A stretch of 64,000 nucleotides of DNA from an uncultured Alphaproteobacteria bacterium (GCA_934273635.1 CAKQSV010000008.1:30-64029), one strand, 5' to 3'. Positions 8,546-19,080 are shown, numbered from the stretch's first letter. Translations and numbers: made by a program. Notes: a model not told the origin generated them from the sequence alone.

Positions 8546-9385
8546 ATGTATAATGTTAAGTATTGGTTGGCGGTCGCGGTGATGTGTTCAATGAGTTGCA
8601 ATGCCGGCGCGCAGAGTCTGGTTTCGTTGCAAAATGATATTGATACATTGCGTGAAGACGTGTTGTCTTTGCAACGCCAAAACTATCGTGATAATGCCGA
8701 GAATCCGCAAAAGTCATCTGATGTACAGGTGCGTTTGAGCCAAATTGAGGAACAAATGCGCACTCTGAACGGTAAAGTGGAAGAGTTGGAATATCGTATT
8801 AAGACATTTGATGACAAAGTTGCTCTGATAAACAAAGATATTGATGTCCGTTTCAGCATGTTGGAAGGAAAGGCCGTTGCCGGTAATGGCGCGGCTAATA
8901 CAACGGCTCCGAAGTTTGATGCACCGCAGGCGCAAAATGCTCCGAAGTCGGTAGTGGGCGACAGTGTTAAAGGTGATGTGTTGGAGCCTATCGGCAGCAA
9001 GGAAGTCGCCGAGATTTATCAAAACGGTTTGAACGCTCTAAAAGCGAACGATTATGTGACCTCGGAGCAGAATTTTAGTAAAATTGTCAGCCAGAATCCT
9101 AATGATAAACTAGCGGGCAATGCGCAGTATTGGTTGGGCGAAGTCTATTATGCCAAAAAAGATTATGCCAAAGCGGCGGTGGCGTTCGCTAAGGGGTATC
9201 AAAACTATAAGGATGGCGCTAAGGGGGCTGACAGTTTGTTTAAGCTCGGGATGTCGATGAAGTCGTTGAAGAAAAACACCGACGCTTGCGCGGCTTTTAG
9301 TAGCCTGAAAAAAGAGTTTCCGAAAGCAAATGCCGAACTGTTGAAAAAAGCCGCAACTGAGGCTAAGAACCTGAAATGCAAGTAG
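8546..9385 (+). CDS. cpoB: Cell-division coordinator CpoB/YbgF (tol-pal associated TPR protein)
   Basis: Signal peptide, coiled coil, then TPR-like YbgF domain (AQYWLGEVYYAKKDYAKAAVAF...). Position pal-cpoB-tilS. Start moved to ATG 8546 because the ORF-track start at 8432 overlaps the pal terminator. Confidence 0.8.
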   Translation: MYNVKYWLAVAVMCSMSCNAGAQSLVSLQNDIDTLREDVLSLQRQNYRDNAENPQKSSDVQVRLSQIEEQMRTLNGKVEELEYRIKTFDDKVALINKDIDVRFSMLEGKAVAGNGAANTTAPKFDAPQAQNAPKSVVGDSVKGDVLEPIGSKEVAEIYQNGLNALKANDYVTSEQNFSKIVSQNPNDKLAGNAQYWLGEVYYAKKDYAKAAVAFAKGYQNYKDGAKGADSLFKLGMSMKSLKKNTDACAAFSSLKKEFPKANAELLKKAATEAKNLKCK

Positions 9386-10512
9386 ACGCGGCGTTAGCGC
9401 AGTTTTGGAAAAAATATAATCTTAAGGATGATGTTATTGCCGCCGGTGTTTCCGGCGGCGCTGATTCTTTGGCGTTGGTGTTGGGGTTGCATAAGTTGCT
9501 ATCCGCGCAAAACAAAAGGGTGGTGACGCTGACGGTTGACCACGGTTTGCGTGCCGAATCGGCTCAAGAAGCGGCGTATGTGGCGCAGGTTATGGCGCGG
9601 TTCGGAATTGAACATCATATTTTGGTATGGCAAGGGGACAAGCCTCGGCGCGGTGTGGAAGATGCGGCGAGGAAAGCGCGTTATGCCTTGTTGGAAGAGT
9701 GGTGTGTGGCGCATGGCGTCAAGACTTTGGCGGTGGCTCATCATGCGCTTGATCAGGCTGAGACGTTTTTTTTGCGCTTGCAACGCGGCAGCGGGTTGTT
9801 TGGTTTGTGCGGGATGTTACCGGTCAGCCAATTAGGCAAAATGATGGTCGTTCGTCCGCTGTTGGCTTGTGAGCCCGAGGACTTGAAAGATTATTTGCGT
9901 GAACGGCAGATTAAGTGGGTGGAAGATCCGTCCAATCAGTGCGAAGATTTTATGCGTGTTAAAATTCGCAAGCGTTTGCCGTTGTGGCTGCGGGATTTGA
10001 ATTTGCCGTTGCCGCGTATTGGCAAAACAATGAGCGAGTTGGCGCGCGCGAGAGATTTTATACAGAGCAAAACCGACGGTTTTATTAAAAATCACGCGCG
10101 GATGTTGGAAGATTGGGTTGCCATGGTGCGTTTTGATGATTTGGCGGCGCAACACGACGAGTTGATTTTTCAGGTGATGGCGATGCTTATTCGCAAAGTC
10201 GGCGGCAACACTTATATTCCGCGGGCGGAAGATGTTGAGCGGTTGATTGTGCGGATTTTTCCGCAATATAAGGCTATCGGAGATGTGCGCTGTGAAGAGA
10301 AAAAGCCTTTTGCGGGGGCGACGCTCGGTGGTTGTGAGATTTTGTTGCAGAGCGGTAAAATCTGGGTGATTCCGGAGCTGAAAACAACGCGTAAAATGCC
10401 TCGGACGCTATGGGAGCGGTTCTGTGAGCTATACCCGAGTTATCAAAAACAAAAATTCCCCTACAAAGTTCGCGCGGTCTTGGTAAAAAACAAAATGAAG
10501 GTTGAGTTTTAG
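9376..10512 (+). CDS. tilS: tRNA(Ile)-lysidine synthetase
   Basis: PP-loop motif GVSGGADS; conserved position upstream of ftsH. Confidence 0.85.
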   Translation: MQVDAALAQFWKKYNLKDDVIAAGVSGGADSLALVLGLHKLLSAQNKRVVTLTVDHGLRAESAQEAAYVAQVMARFGIEHHILVWQGDKPRRGVEDAARKARYALLEEWCVAHGVKTLAVAHHALDQAETFFLRLQRGSGLFGLCGMLPVSQLGKMMVVRPLLACEPEDLKDYLRERQIKWVEDPSNQCEDFMRVKIRKRLPLWLRDLNLPLPRIGKTMSELARARDFIQSKTDGFIKNHARMLEDWVAMVRFDDLAAQHDELIFQVMAMLIRKVGGNTYIPRAEDVERLIVRIFPQYKAIGDVRCEEKKPFAGATLGGCEILLQSGKIWVIPELKTTRKMPRTLWERFCELYPSYQKQKFPYKVRAVLVKNKMKVEF

Positions 10513-10563
10513 TTTTGCCTGCCCTATATATTGATATAGGTATTTATGGGAAAAGGATAAAAG

Positions 10564-12429
10564 ATGAAATCTGGTAAAAATCTGGTGATTTGGCTGGCGG
10601 TGATTTTGGTGTTGTCGGCTTTGATGAGTGGTTTTGACAATGGGTTGAAGCACGCGGCGTCGGCTAATTTGGCGTTTTCTGACTTTATGAACGAGGTTGA
10701 GGACAAGCGTGTGTCCGAAGTGACAATCGCCGGCGCTCATGTGACGGGTATGCTGTCGGATGGACGGGCTTTTTATACCTATGCGCCGCAAGACCCTTCA
10801 ATGGTTGAGACCTTGCGTAAAAACGGCGTGGTGGTTAAGGCTGAGCCGGAGGATACTTCCGCCAATACGTTTTGGGGAATCGTCATATCGTGGTTTCCGA
10901 TGATTCTGTTGGTGGGCGTGTGGATTTATTTTATGCGTCAGGCCAACTCAGGCAACAACAAGGCGATGAGTTTCGGCAAATCGCGCGCCAGATTGATTGA
11001 AAACACCAAGAAGGTGACGTTTGCCGATGTGGCGGGCTGTGACGAATCGAAACAAGAGTTGGAAGAGATTATCGACTTTTTGAAAGATCCGACCAAGTTT
11101 CAGCGTTTGGGAGGGCGAATCCCGCGCGGCGTGCTGATGGTCGGCCCTCCGGGAACGGGTAAAACGCTGTTGGCGAAAGCTGTCGCCGGCGAAGCTAATG
11201 TGCCGTTTTTCTCTATTTCGGGGTCGGACTTTGTGGAGATGTTTGTGGGCGTGGGCGCGTCTCGTGTGCGCGATATGTTCCAACAAGCCAAAAAGAACGC
11301 GCCGTGCCTTTTGTTTATTGACGAGATTGACGCGGTCGGTCGTCATCGTGGCGCCGGTTTGGGCGGCGGCAATGACGAGCGTGAGCAAACGCTTAACCAG
11401 TTGTTGGTGGAGATGGACGGTTTTGACGACAACCAAAATGTGATTGTGATTGCGGCGACCAACCGTCCCGATGTGTTAGACCCCGCTTTGCTGCGTCCGG
11501 GGCGTTTTGACCGTCAGGTGACGGTGTCGAATCCGGATAAAAAAGGGCGTGAAGAGATTTTGAAAGTTCACGTTAAAAAAGTGCCGTTGTCAAAAGATGT
11601 TAATTTGTCGGTTATTGCGCGTGGAACGCCAGGGTTTTCGGGCGCGGATTTGGCCAATCTGGTCAATGAGGCGGCATTGTTGGCGGCGCGTAAAAACAAG
11701 CGCAAAGTGACCTCCAAAGACTTTGACGAGGCTAAAGATAAGGTCCTGATGGGAAATGAGCGCAAGTCTATGGCAATGGATGATAAAGAGAAAGAATTGA
11801 CGGCTTATCATGAGTCCGGACACGCGATTTGTTCGTTGTTTACGGAAGAATCAGACCCAATTCACAAAGCGACGATTATTCCGCGCGGACGGGCTTTGGG
11901 TATGGTGCAGCAGTTGCCTGAAAAAGACCAATACTCTTATTCTAAGACCAAAATGTTGTCGCGATTGGTGATTTGCATGGGTGGTCGTGTGGCCGAAGAG
12001 CTTAAATTTGGTGCCGACAAGGTTACTTCGGGGGCGTCTTCGGATATTGCCGCCGCCACGAATCTGGCGCGCTCCATGGTGACCGAGTGGGGCATGAGCG
12101 ACAAGCTCGGACCGGTGCTGTATGCCGAAAACTCGGGCGAGGTGTTCTTGGGCAAGTCGGTGACGCAAAACAAGAACATTAGCGAAGACACGGCTAAGTT
12201 AGTTGACGCAGAAATTAAACGTTTGGTAACCACGGGTTATGAGCGTGCCAAAAAACTCTTGGAGGAAAAAAAGACCGAGTGGGAGACTTTGGCTAAGGCG
12301 TTGATAGAATATGAAACATTGACAGGCGAGGAGATTAAGGACGTGATTGCCGGCAAGGCGATTGATAAATCTGACGAAGCGCCGGTCAGTGAGGAAAAAA
12401 GAACGCACGCTTCCGTGCCCGAGCTTTAA
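10564..12429 (+). CDS. ftsH: ATP-dependent zinc metalloprotease FtsH
   Basis: Walker A GPPGTGKT, second region of homology, and HEXXH (HESGHA) zinc site. Confidence 0.95.
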   Translation: MKSGKNLVIWLAVILVLSALMSGFDNGLKHAASANLAFSDFMNEVEDKRVSEVTIAGAHVTGMLSDGRAFYTYAPQDPSMVETLRKNGVVVKAEPEDTSANTFWGIVISWFPMILLVGVWIYFMRQANSGNNKAMSFGKSRARLIENTKKVTFADVAGCDESKQELEEIIDFLKDPTKFQRLGGRIPRGVLMVGPPGTGKTLLAKAVAGEANVPFFSISGSDFVEMFVGVGASRVRDMFQQAKKNAPCLLFIDEIDAVGRHRGAGLGGGNDEREQTLNQLLVEMDGFDDNQNVIVIAATNRPDVLDPALLRPGRFDRQVTVSNPDKKGREEILKVHVKKVPLSKDVNLSVIARGTPGFSGADLANLVNEAALLAARKNKRKVTSKDFDEAKDKVLMGNERKSMAMDDKEKELTAYHESGHAICSLFTEESDPIHKATIIPRGRALGMVQQLPEKDQYSYSKTKMLSRLVICMGGRVAEELKFGADKVTSGASSDIAAATNLARSMVTEWGMSDKLGPVLYAENSGEVFLGKSVTQNKNISEDTAKLVDAEIKRLVTTGYERAKKLLEEKKTEWETLAKALIEYETLTGEEIKDVIAGKAIDKSDEAPVSEEKRTHASVPEL

Positions 12430-12444
12430 GCGGGTGTGGCTTGC

Positions 12445-12474
12445 AAAAGGGGCGGGAGACCGCTCCTTTTTTGT
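12445..12474 (+). terminator. ftsH terminator hairpin (aaggggcgg-gaga-ccgctcctt) followed by TTTT
   Basis: 9-bp stem with one mismatch and a T-run. Confidence 0.55.
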
Positions 12475-12595
12475 GCCCAGAAACAGGCGCAAAAAGAATC
12501 TTGTGAACAAAGTGAAGACTCAAATTGCGAATCAAAGCAAGCTTATTTATGAATCAATTATTAATGAATAGTTAATAAATTGAGGGAATCGTCAG

Positions 12596-13003
12596 ATGTT
12601 TGATGAGAGCAATTTGGTATCCACCGAAGTTGATGATATTGTGATTTCCGCCGGCTCGTCGTTGGTGGAAGAAAACGCCGCTAAAAAGGAGTTTTTGTGG
12701 GGCTATTATTTTTGCATTGAAAACAACTCTAATCACAAAATCAGTCTGGTGGGGAAAAATTGGCGTATCACCGATGACAAGGGTAATAGTTATTCGGACA
12801 GCAGTGACGGTTTTAAGGGCGAAATTCCTGATTTGGAACCTGGGGAAAGCTATGAGTTTAGTAGTATGGCGCCATTAGAATCGCCGCAGGCGGTGTTTTA
12901 TGGCAGTTGTCGGATTAAAACCGCGGACAGTGCGGAGAAAGATATTAAAATCCCGACGTTTCAGTTATCGGCAAATAAGCATAATCCCAGAGTTTTGAAC
13001 TAA
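12596..13003 (+). CDS. apaG: ApaG-domain (DUF525) protein
   Basis: GKNWRITDDKGNSY...GEIPDLEPGESYEFSS...IKIPTFQL aligns with E. coli ApaG (GRYWLITNGNG...PLIAPGEEYQYTS...IDIPVFRL). Confidence 0.8.
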   Translation: MFDESNLVSTEVDDIVISAGSSLVEENAAKKEFLWGYYFCIENNSNHKISLVGKNWRITDDKGNSYSDSSDGFKGEIPDLEPGESYEFSSMAPLESPQAVFYGSCRIKTADSAEKDIKIPTFQLSANKHNPRVLN

Positions 13004-13034
13004 AAAATAAAGGCCTCACCCGAGGCCTTTGTTG
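13003..13034. terminator. Bidirectional terminator (aggcctc-accc-gaggcct with A-run and T-run)
   Basis: Perfect 7-bp stem between convergent genes. Confidence 0.65.
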
Positions 13035-13038
13035 TGCT

Positions 13039-13656
13039 TTAGTAGCTTTGCGCCGACGTGTCGTTGGCAATATACATATTCAGGTATTTGTGGATGTTGT
13101 AATCCATACGCTGATTGTAGTCATTGAAGAGGTCATAAACCATTTTGTTCCAATATTTTTCTTTTTCTTCAATGGTGGTGTCGGCCGGAATTGTCAGCTC
13201 TCGCCATGCCTCAACCTCGGTGCCGGCGCTTGACAGTTGGTTGGTGTCGGTCACGCGGATAACAATATAGAGGTTGGCGCGGTATTTGATACGGTCTTTC
13301 TCAAACAAGCCGTCAACCGGTTCAAGCTCTTCGGTTACGCTGGCGTCTTTGATGATGACCTGAGCCTGCTTGGTGGAGGAAAAGTCAACGGCCTCCAAGC
13401 GGTCTTGCGCCCACAAACGCGCGGTCTTCTCGATAGAAATCGGGAACAGGTGCTCAACGTTTGGACGACGGAAAGACGGCGTGAACTCGGAGATAACGTC
13501 AATTTTGTTGACTTTCAGCTCAATTTTGCCAGAGTTGGAGAAACGTGGTTCGGCATAGCCTTCGTTTGATTCTAACGGGGCTTTTTGAAAAAAGCCGCAA
13601 CTCGCGCTCAGACCGCAAGCGATTAAAATGCTCAAAAATTTGCTTATTTTAGTCAT
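13039..13656 (-). CDS. Lipoprotein of unknown function
   Basis: Lipobox LIACG after a signal peptide. Start placed at the second ATG, which has AAGGA 9 nt upstream. Confidence 0.55.
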   Translation of the reverse strand: MTKISKFLSILIACGLSASCGFFQKAPLESNEGYAEPRFSNSGKIELKVNKIDVISEFTPSFRRPNVEHLFPISIEKTARLWAQDRLEAVDFSSTKQAQVIIKDASVTEELEPVDGLFEKDRIKYRANLYIVIRVTDTNQLSSAGTEVEAWRELTIPADTTIEEKEKYWNKMVYDLFNDYNQRMDYNIHKYLNMYIANDTSAQSY

Positions 13657-13723
13657 GTGCATATATCCTTAATTTACCTACTTTTAGCGGTATCATAAGG
13701 CGGATAGATTAAAATATGCTTAA

Positions 13724-14638
13724 TTAGTGGGCTAACAACTCACCTTTATCAAAACTATATTGCGTGCCGCAAAAGTGACAAGTGGCGGTGATTTTGTTGT
13801 TTTCGCACATATCGTCAATGTCTTCGGGTTTCATGCCGTGCAGGGTGTTGAGCAATTTTTCACGGCTGCAGCGGCAGGCAAAAGCGTATTGCCGCGTGGT
13901 GTTGATTTCAAGCCCGTCGGCATAATACAGACGGTGCAAAATTTCTGCCGAACTCAGAGACGAATCGAAAATTTCGCTCTCTTGCAGGCTTTGCATAAAG
14001 ACCACGGCCTGATTCCAAGCCTCGTCGGCCTGTTCGTCGGTCTCGGTTTCTTTGCCGCCTTTGGTGGGGATTTTTTGCAACAGCACACCGGCGGATTTCC
14101 AACCCTCGTTTTCATTTTGCGGGGCTTGGAGATAAAGCTGCAAATAGGTTTCGATTTGCTCGGACTGCTTGAAGTAGCGCATGGCGCACTCGCTCAAGTT
14201 TTTGCCCTGCAAGTCAACAATGCCCTGATATAAATCGGTTTTAGGACCTTGATCAACCGTAAATGCCAAAATGCCTTCGCCCATAAAGTGCGGCGCGGGC
14301 TCAATCTCGCCAACGGTTTTACGCAACTCTTGAGCTTTGATGATTTTTGTTTCGTCATAATCGGCACAAGCGCGCATTCTGCCGTCAGAACGGACATCAA
14401 CCACAACCATGGGGACAGGGCCGTTGCTTTTGGTCTGTAAGGTGAACAAGCCGTCATATTTGATGGTGCTTGACAACAGCGCCGCCAATGCCGAGCTTTC
14501 GGCCACCACGGCGGAAACCTGCCGCGGATATTTATGTTTGGCTAAAATGGTGTTGATGACTTTATCCAAGCGCACAATGCGTCCCAGAAAAGCGCCGCCG
14601 TTAATGTGAAACGATACACAGTTGTCAAAATTATCCAA
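13724..14638 (-). CDS. hslO: Redox-regulated chaperone Hsp33
   Basis: C-terminal zinc centre CRCS...CHFCGTQY and Hsp33 fold motifs. Confidence 0.85.
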   Translation of the reverse strand: MDNFDNCVSFHINGGAFLGRIVRLDKVINTILAKHKYPRQVSAVVAESSALAALLSSTIKYDGLFTLQTKSNGPVPMVVVDVRSDGRMRACADYDETKIIKAQELRKTVGEIEPAPHFMGEGILAFTVDQGPKTDLYQGIVDLQGKNLSECAMRYFKQSEQIETYLQLYLQAPQNENEGWKSAGVLLQKIPTKGGKETETDEQADEAWNQAVVFMQSLQESEIFDSSLSSAEILHRLYYADGLEINTTRQYAFACRCSREKLLNTLHGMKPEDIDDMCENNKITATCHFCGTQYSFDKGELLAH

Positions 14639-14649
14639 TTGCTTATTCC

Positions 14650-15246
14650 TTGTGTTGTTATATGATGTCTGTTGTTCTATTTAATCTAATTTTTGGGGAT
14701 TTGCAAGTGTCTGAAGAAACCGAAAAATCAAAAAAAACACGGTTGCCGAAAAAAATTACAAAACTGCGGCTGAAAAACATTGCGCTGTATTATCTTAAGC
14801 GGTTTGATTCGTCGGTCGAAAATTTGCGGCAGGTGTTGCAAAAACGCGTGACGGAATATGCCTATTATAATCCCGAGTGGGACAGGAGTGAGGCTTTGGA
14901 CTGGATTGAGGAGATTTTGAGCGATTTTTGCCGCTATGGCTATTTGGACGATGCGCGTTATGCCGAAATCAAAATCAAAAACTATGCGGCGGCGGGAAAA
15001 TCCGCCCGTTATATCGCCGGCAAGCTCAAACAAAAAGGTATTGGCGAATCGGCGGTCGCCACGGTTTTGGACGAGATTGAATATGACCCGTTGGCGGCGG
15101 CGCTGCATTTGGCGAATAAGAAGAAAATCGGTCCTTATCGCGCGGCGGAATTGCGCGGAGAGTATCGTCAGAAGGATATGGCGGCGTTGCTGCGCGCCGG
15201 CTTTGACTATGACACCGTGCTCGAGGTGTTGAGTTATGAGGTATAA
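14650..15246 (+). CDS. recX: RecA regulator RecX (start possibly GTG 14707)
   Basis: RecX three-repeat helical pattern (LKNIALYYLKRF...YLDDARYAE...). Confidence 0.7.
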   Translation: MCCYMMSVVLFNLIFGDLQVSEETEKSKKTRLPKKITKLRLKNIALYYLKRFDSSVENLRQVLQKRVTEYAYYNPEWDRSEALDWIEEILSDFCRYGYLDDARYAEIKIKNYAAAGKSARYIAGKLKQKGIGESAVATVLDEIEYDPLAAALHLANKKKIGPYRAAELRGEYRQKDMAALLRAGFDYDTVLEVLSYEV

Positions 15247-15322
15247 CATATAAAAAAATCTGGTAATTTGGCGCAAAAACTTTTAATCTGGCTGAAGAAA
15301 ACTGTTAAGGAGTATGTAATTT

Positions 15323-16684
15323 ATGCATGTGAGATTACCCAGTAAAATGGACAACCTCGTGCGGTATCTGAAACTTAAGATACTGCCGAAAAAGTTGTTC
15401 TTTAGAACAATGTTGCTGATTTTTGTGCCGCTGATTGTGGTGCAGGTGGTTTCGATTGTGGCCTTTTTTGACGGCACTTGGGGGCGTTTGGGCTCTCGTT
15501 TGGCCAACAACCTGACCTCGGATATGGCCATGGTGATGGATATGATTAATAAATCACCCGACCATTTGCAGGACATTAAACGCATTTCCAAAGACAATTT
15601 GGATATGGAAGTGACGGTCTATTTGAGCAAAGACAAGCACAAGGCTGTCAACAACGTGATTAAGAAAAACAATAATGAATTGGTGACCGGCTTTTTGGAG
15701 AAAAACCTCAAACGCAAGTTTCCGGCTGATTTGACGAGCGTTTATTGGAACCGTCACAGTTCGACGTTGACGGTGTTTATTGACACGCCGGAGCGGTTGT
15801 TTAAGTTTGTGACCTCGTCCAAAAATATTTTCTCAACCTCGATTTTCGGATTTGTGGCGTGGATGGTCGGCACCTCAATTTTGCTGTTTTTGGTGGCGGT
15901 GCTGTTTTTGCGGATTCAGGTGCGCTCGATTGCCGATTTGGCCAAGGCTGCCGAAGACTTCGGTAAAGGTATCGACAATAAAGACTTTAAGCCATACGGC
16001 TCGTCCGAGGTTAGAACCGCGGCGTTGGCGTTTATTAAAATGAAGGAGCGTATTCAGCGCCAAATTTCTGAAAGAACGCAAATGCTGGCGGGTGTGTCTC
16101 ATGACCTGCGCACGCCGTTGACCCGTATGAAGTTGCAGGCGACCATGCTCAAAGGTCAGGACAAGGAAGATATGTTGCAGGATATTTCCGAAATGGAAAA
16201 AATGCTGGAAGGTTATCTGTCTTTTGTGAGCGGTGAAGGCGGAGAAAAGTCGTCGTTTATTGATATGAACGAGCTGATTTTGAGCGTGCTGAACAAATAT
16301 CGCACCAAAGACGCGTTTATTCGCTACAAAACCAACGATCAGGTCAGCGCAATTCAGGGACGCGAACAAGCTCTTAAGCGCGCGATTACCAATGTGATTT
16401 CCAATGCTTTGAAATATGGTAAGACCGTGGCGGTGGATTTGGAAAGCAACGACCGCAAGTTGGAAATTACTATCGACGACGATGGTCCGGGAATCCCCGC
16501 AGATAAGAGGGAAGAAGTTTTTAAGGCGTTTTATCGTCTTGAAGAGTCTCGCAACAAAGAAACAGGAGGCATCGGTCTCGGTTTGGCTATCACTAAAGAT
16601 GTTATTACATCTCATGGTGGTAAGATTGAGCTGGCTGACAGTCCTTTAGGAGGTTTGAGAGTTCTCATTTCTATTCCCTTATAG
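15323..16684 (+). CDS. Sensor histidine kinase, EnvZ-like (2 TM, periplasmic domain, HisKA, HATPase)
   Basis: H-box MLAGVSHDLRTPLTRMKL is nearly identical to EnvZ; N-box NALKYG; G-box GLGLAI. No response regulator adjacent. Confidence 0.8.
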   Translation: MHVRLPSKMDNLVRYLKLKILPKKLFFRTMLLIFVPLIVVQVVSIVAFFDGTWGRLGSRLANNLTSDMAMVMDMINKSPDHLQDIKRISKDNLDMEVTVYLSKDKHKAVNNVIKKNNNELVTGFLEKNLKRKFPADLTSVYWNRHSSTLTVFIDTPERLFKFVTSSKNIFSTSIFGFVAWMVGTSILLFLVAVLFLRIQVRSIADLAKAAEDFGKGIDNKDFKPYGSSEVRTAALAFIKMKERIQRQISERTQMLAGVSHDLRTPLTRMKLQATMLKGQDKEDMLQDISEMEKMLEGYLSFVSGEGGEKSSFIDMNELILSVLNKYRTKDAFIRYKTNDQVSAIQGREQALKRAITNVISNALKYGKTVAVDLESNDRKLEITIDDDGPGIPADKREEVFKAFYRLEESRNKETGGIGLGLAITKDVITSHGGKIELADSPLGGLRVLISIPL

Positions 16685-16849
16685 CTCGCAAATTCGTAAA
16701 TTTATGGCTTGGATTAAATAGAATTTGCGCCATATTCTTAAAAGCGGACAGAGGTTGTTTTCTGTTCGCTTTTTTGTTAAAGTGATGTTAATACATCATA
16801 CATTATAATCGGTGTATTGTGTTTTTTGGTGCTCGTTGTGAGGGATAAT

Positions 16850-18901
16850 ATGTTTGGTTTTAAGAAAAATACAGAGAAAAAAATTGAACCCGAATTTACG
16901 GACAATTATGAGCAAAATGGCAATGAGCCAAAAGATTTGGCCGATATTTTGGGCGCGCAGGAAAATGACACGAACATTACCGCCGGCGTTGACGCTATTC
17001 TGGACGAAAGCGGCGATATTTCGGAAGAGCAGGCGGGGATTAATCACAATACGGTTGATTTTGGCGCTATTCATCCTGATGACGAGCCGTTGGATTTGGA
17101 CTCATACGATGAGCCGATTATGCAAAATTCTTATGAAGAACCGTTAGCGGCGGCATCCCTTGAGGCACCGGAAGTTGCGCCGTTTGACGAGCCTGCGGCA
17201 GAGCCCAAGCCGGTGTTTGAGGCGGAACCAGAGCCGGTTGTTGACGAGCCTGTGACAGAGCCTGAGCCGGTGTTTGAGGCAGAACCAGAGCCGGTTGTTG
17301 ACGAACCGGCGGCAGAACCTGAGCCGGTTGTTGAGGCACAGAATAATGCGGCGGCGGTCATGCCTGCCGAGCCCGAAAACGCGGTGCCGGATATTGATAA
17401 CATAACCGCGGCGCCTGCCGATGACGAGATTGAAGATATTTTGTCCGACGAGGTCGGCGATTTGAGCCTTGATGATATTCTGGGGGCGGAAGAAGACGCC
17501 TCTCTGGATGATATTTTACAAGAAGAAACAAATACGCCTGAAGACAATCCGATAGCGGATTTGCAAGATTTGGCACCGGCGAACCCTGTGCCGGAATCCG
17601 AGCCGGAGGCGGAGATTGACAGGCCTGAAGATGTGATTTTGGAAGAACCGGAGCCGGCATTTTCCGAAGAGCCGCAAGCGGAGGTTATGCCCGAGCCTGA
17701 ACAAGAAATTGCGGAGCCAGAAGATTTTGTGATGGCTGAACCCGAACCGGTGTTTGAGGAAGATAGTCCAACTGAACCGATTGAGGCGCAGAAGTTTGGG
17801 GTTGAGCCTGAGCTTGAGGCTAAGGATGTTGCACCTGAGCCGGTCGCAGTGCCGGAATTTGAGCCTGAGCCGGTTGTGGCGCCCGTGGTCGATGAGGTTG
17901 TGACGGAGACAGCAGAAGATGTTGTGGCACCGGAAGTGCCGGAAAGCGGTTTTATTCCCGCGGCGCCGGTGACGTTTGTGAACGTGGCTGATGAGACCTC
18001 GGCAGAGGCTAAGCAGGTTGAGCCTAAGGCTGATTTGTGGACGGTTGAGGATATGGGTATCCTGTCCGCCTCGCCAAAGGTGATTAATGACAATAGTGGC
18101 TGTGTTACTTGGTGCGGTGATAAATATCAGAGCGATTTGAAAATTGCGGTTGATAGTTTTCAGGCGCTTAAAAATTGGTCTTTGATGATTATTAACGAAT
18201 TTTCGGTGCCTCTGGTTGATGTTGGCTCGGAGGTTGTGATTGAAAAAGCAGACAATGTGGTGCGTTATGCCTCTTTGGTGCGCAACGGTGTGGAAAAATT
18301 GCAGATTTTTAATCAGCGTTCGTATAAATTTGTGACGCCGCAAAATGAATTTTTTACGGTGCAGGGTAATGTTATTTGCGGGCGGATTGATAATTCTTTT
18401 GCCTTGAATATTCGAGATTACGTTACCGTGGCTTTGGAAGACAAGGTCAACAAATATATTCGTTTTGAACGTCCGATGTCCGGCTTTATTAACGGCGCCA
18501 ACGGCGTCAGAGTGTTTTTTGCCAATGCCAAAGGTGTGGCGCTGACAGTGGCCGGTGTTATTCCGGAGCCCGAAGTTTTTGAGTATCAGCCGCCGCTTAA
18601 AGAGTTTGACACCAAGGCTTGTTATGTGTTTGACGAGAGCAGCGAAGACCAAGAATTTACGGCGGATAATCGCAAAAAGATTTTGGTGGTGAACGTTGGG
18701 GCGTCATTATATGGTTGGAACGTTCATTTTGACAATGAGGCTTATATGAGTTTGCGTGACGCTCTTGAATATCAATCTCGTTACAAGCAATTACCCTCAT
18801 CCAACGGCGAGTTGCTTCACGGTGCTCGCAAGCTTAAGTTCTATGGCATAGAGCAGTTAAAAACGAGGGTGCGGGTTGTGTATTACTCCTACGGCTCTTA
18901 A
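16850..18901 (+). CDS. Large acidic Pro/Glu/Val-repeat protein with a ~300-aa C-terminal globular domain of unknown function
   Basis: Repeats EPEPVVDEPAAEPEPVFEAE...; no signal peptide; RBS GAGGGA before ATG 16850. Confidence 0.6.
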   Translation: MFGFKKNTEKKIEPEFTDNYEQNGNEPKDLADILGAQENDTNITAGVDAILDESGDISEEQAGINHNTVDFGAIHPDDEPLDLDSYDEPIMQNSYEEPLAAASLEAPEVAPFDEPAAEPKPVFEAEPEPVVDEPVTEPEPVFEAEPEPVVDEPAAEPEPVVEAQNNAAAVMPAEPENAVPDIDNITAAPADDEIEDILSDEVGDLSLDDILGAEEDASLDDILQEETNTPEDNPIADLQDLAPANPVPESEPEAEIDRPEDVILEEPEPAFSEEPQAEVMPEPEQEIAEPEDFVMAEPEPVFEEDSPTEPIEAQKFGVEPELEAKDVAPEPVAVPEFEPEPVVAPVVDEVVTETAEDVVAPEVPESGFIPAAPVTFVNVADETSAEAKQVEPKADLWTVEDMGILSASPKVINDNSGCVTWCGDKYQSDLKIAVDSFQALKNWSLMIINEFSVPLVDVGSEVVIEKADNVVRYASLVRNGVEKLQIFNQRSYKFVTPQNEFFTVQGNVICGRIDNSFALNIRDYVTVALEDKVNKYIRFERPMSGFINGANGVRVFFANAKGVALTVAGVIPEPEVFEYQPPLKEFDTKACYVFDESSEDQEFTADNRKKILVVNVGASLYGWNVHFDNEAYMSLRDALEYQSRYKQLPSSNGELLHGARKLKFYGIEQLKTRVRVVYYSYGS

Positions 18902-18939
18902 AACCTGTTAAAACCTCGTCTAATGTGTTTCTAGTGCAG

Positions 18940-19080
18940 ATTTATCAAGAAGAAAAAATGCTCACGTACGCTTTAGTACGCTGCGCTTTTTTCTCTCTCA
19001 AATCTTACTATAAACGCATTATCCGAGGTTTTGGGGTAAGGTGTACGCTGTGCTTTTTTCTCTTTCAAATCTTCTTTGAT
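18940..19080. repeat. Short direct repeats upstream of the LRR gene (gtacgctg(c/t)gcttttttctct(c/t)tcaaatctt twice; taaacgcattatccgaggttt shared with 20289)
   Basis: Direct sequence comparison. Confidence 0.7.

Noticed and set aside
15875-16615. 246-aa minus-strand ORF inside the EnvZ-like kinase gene
   Set aside because: It is antisense to a gene with clear H/N/G boxes, so it is an artefact.
17131-18652. Long minus-strand ORFs (320 aa Ser/Gly-rich; 378 aa Arg/Leu-rich) within the acidic-repeat gene
   Set aside because: They are mirror translations of the GAG/CCG-rich repeats on the coding strand, with no start context or domain.
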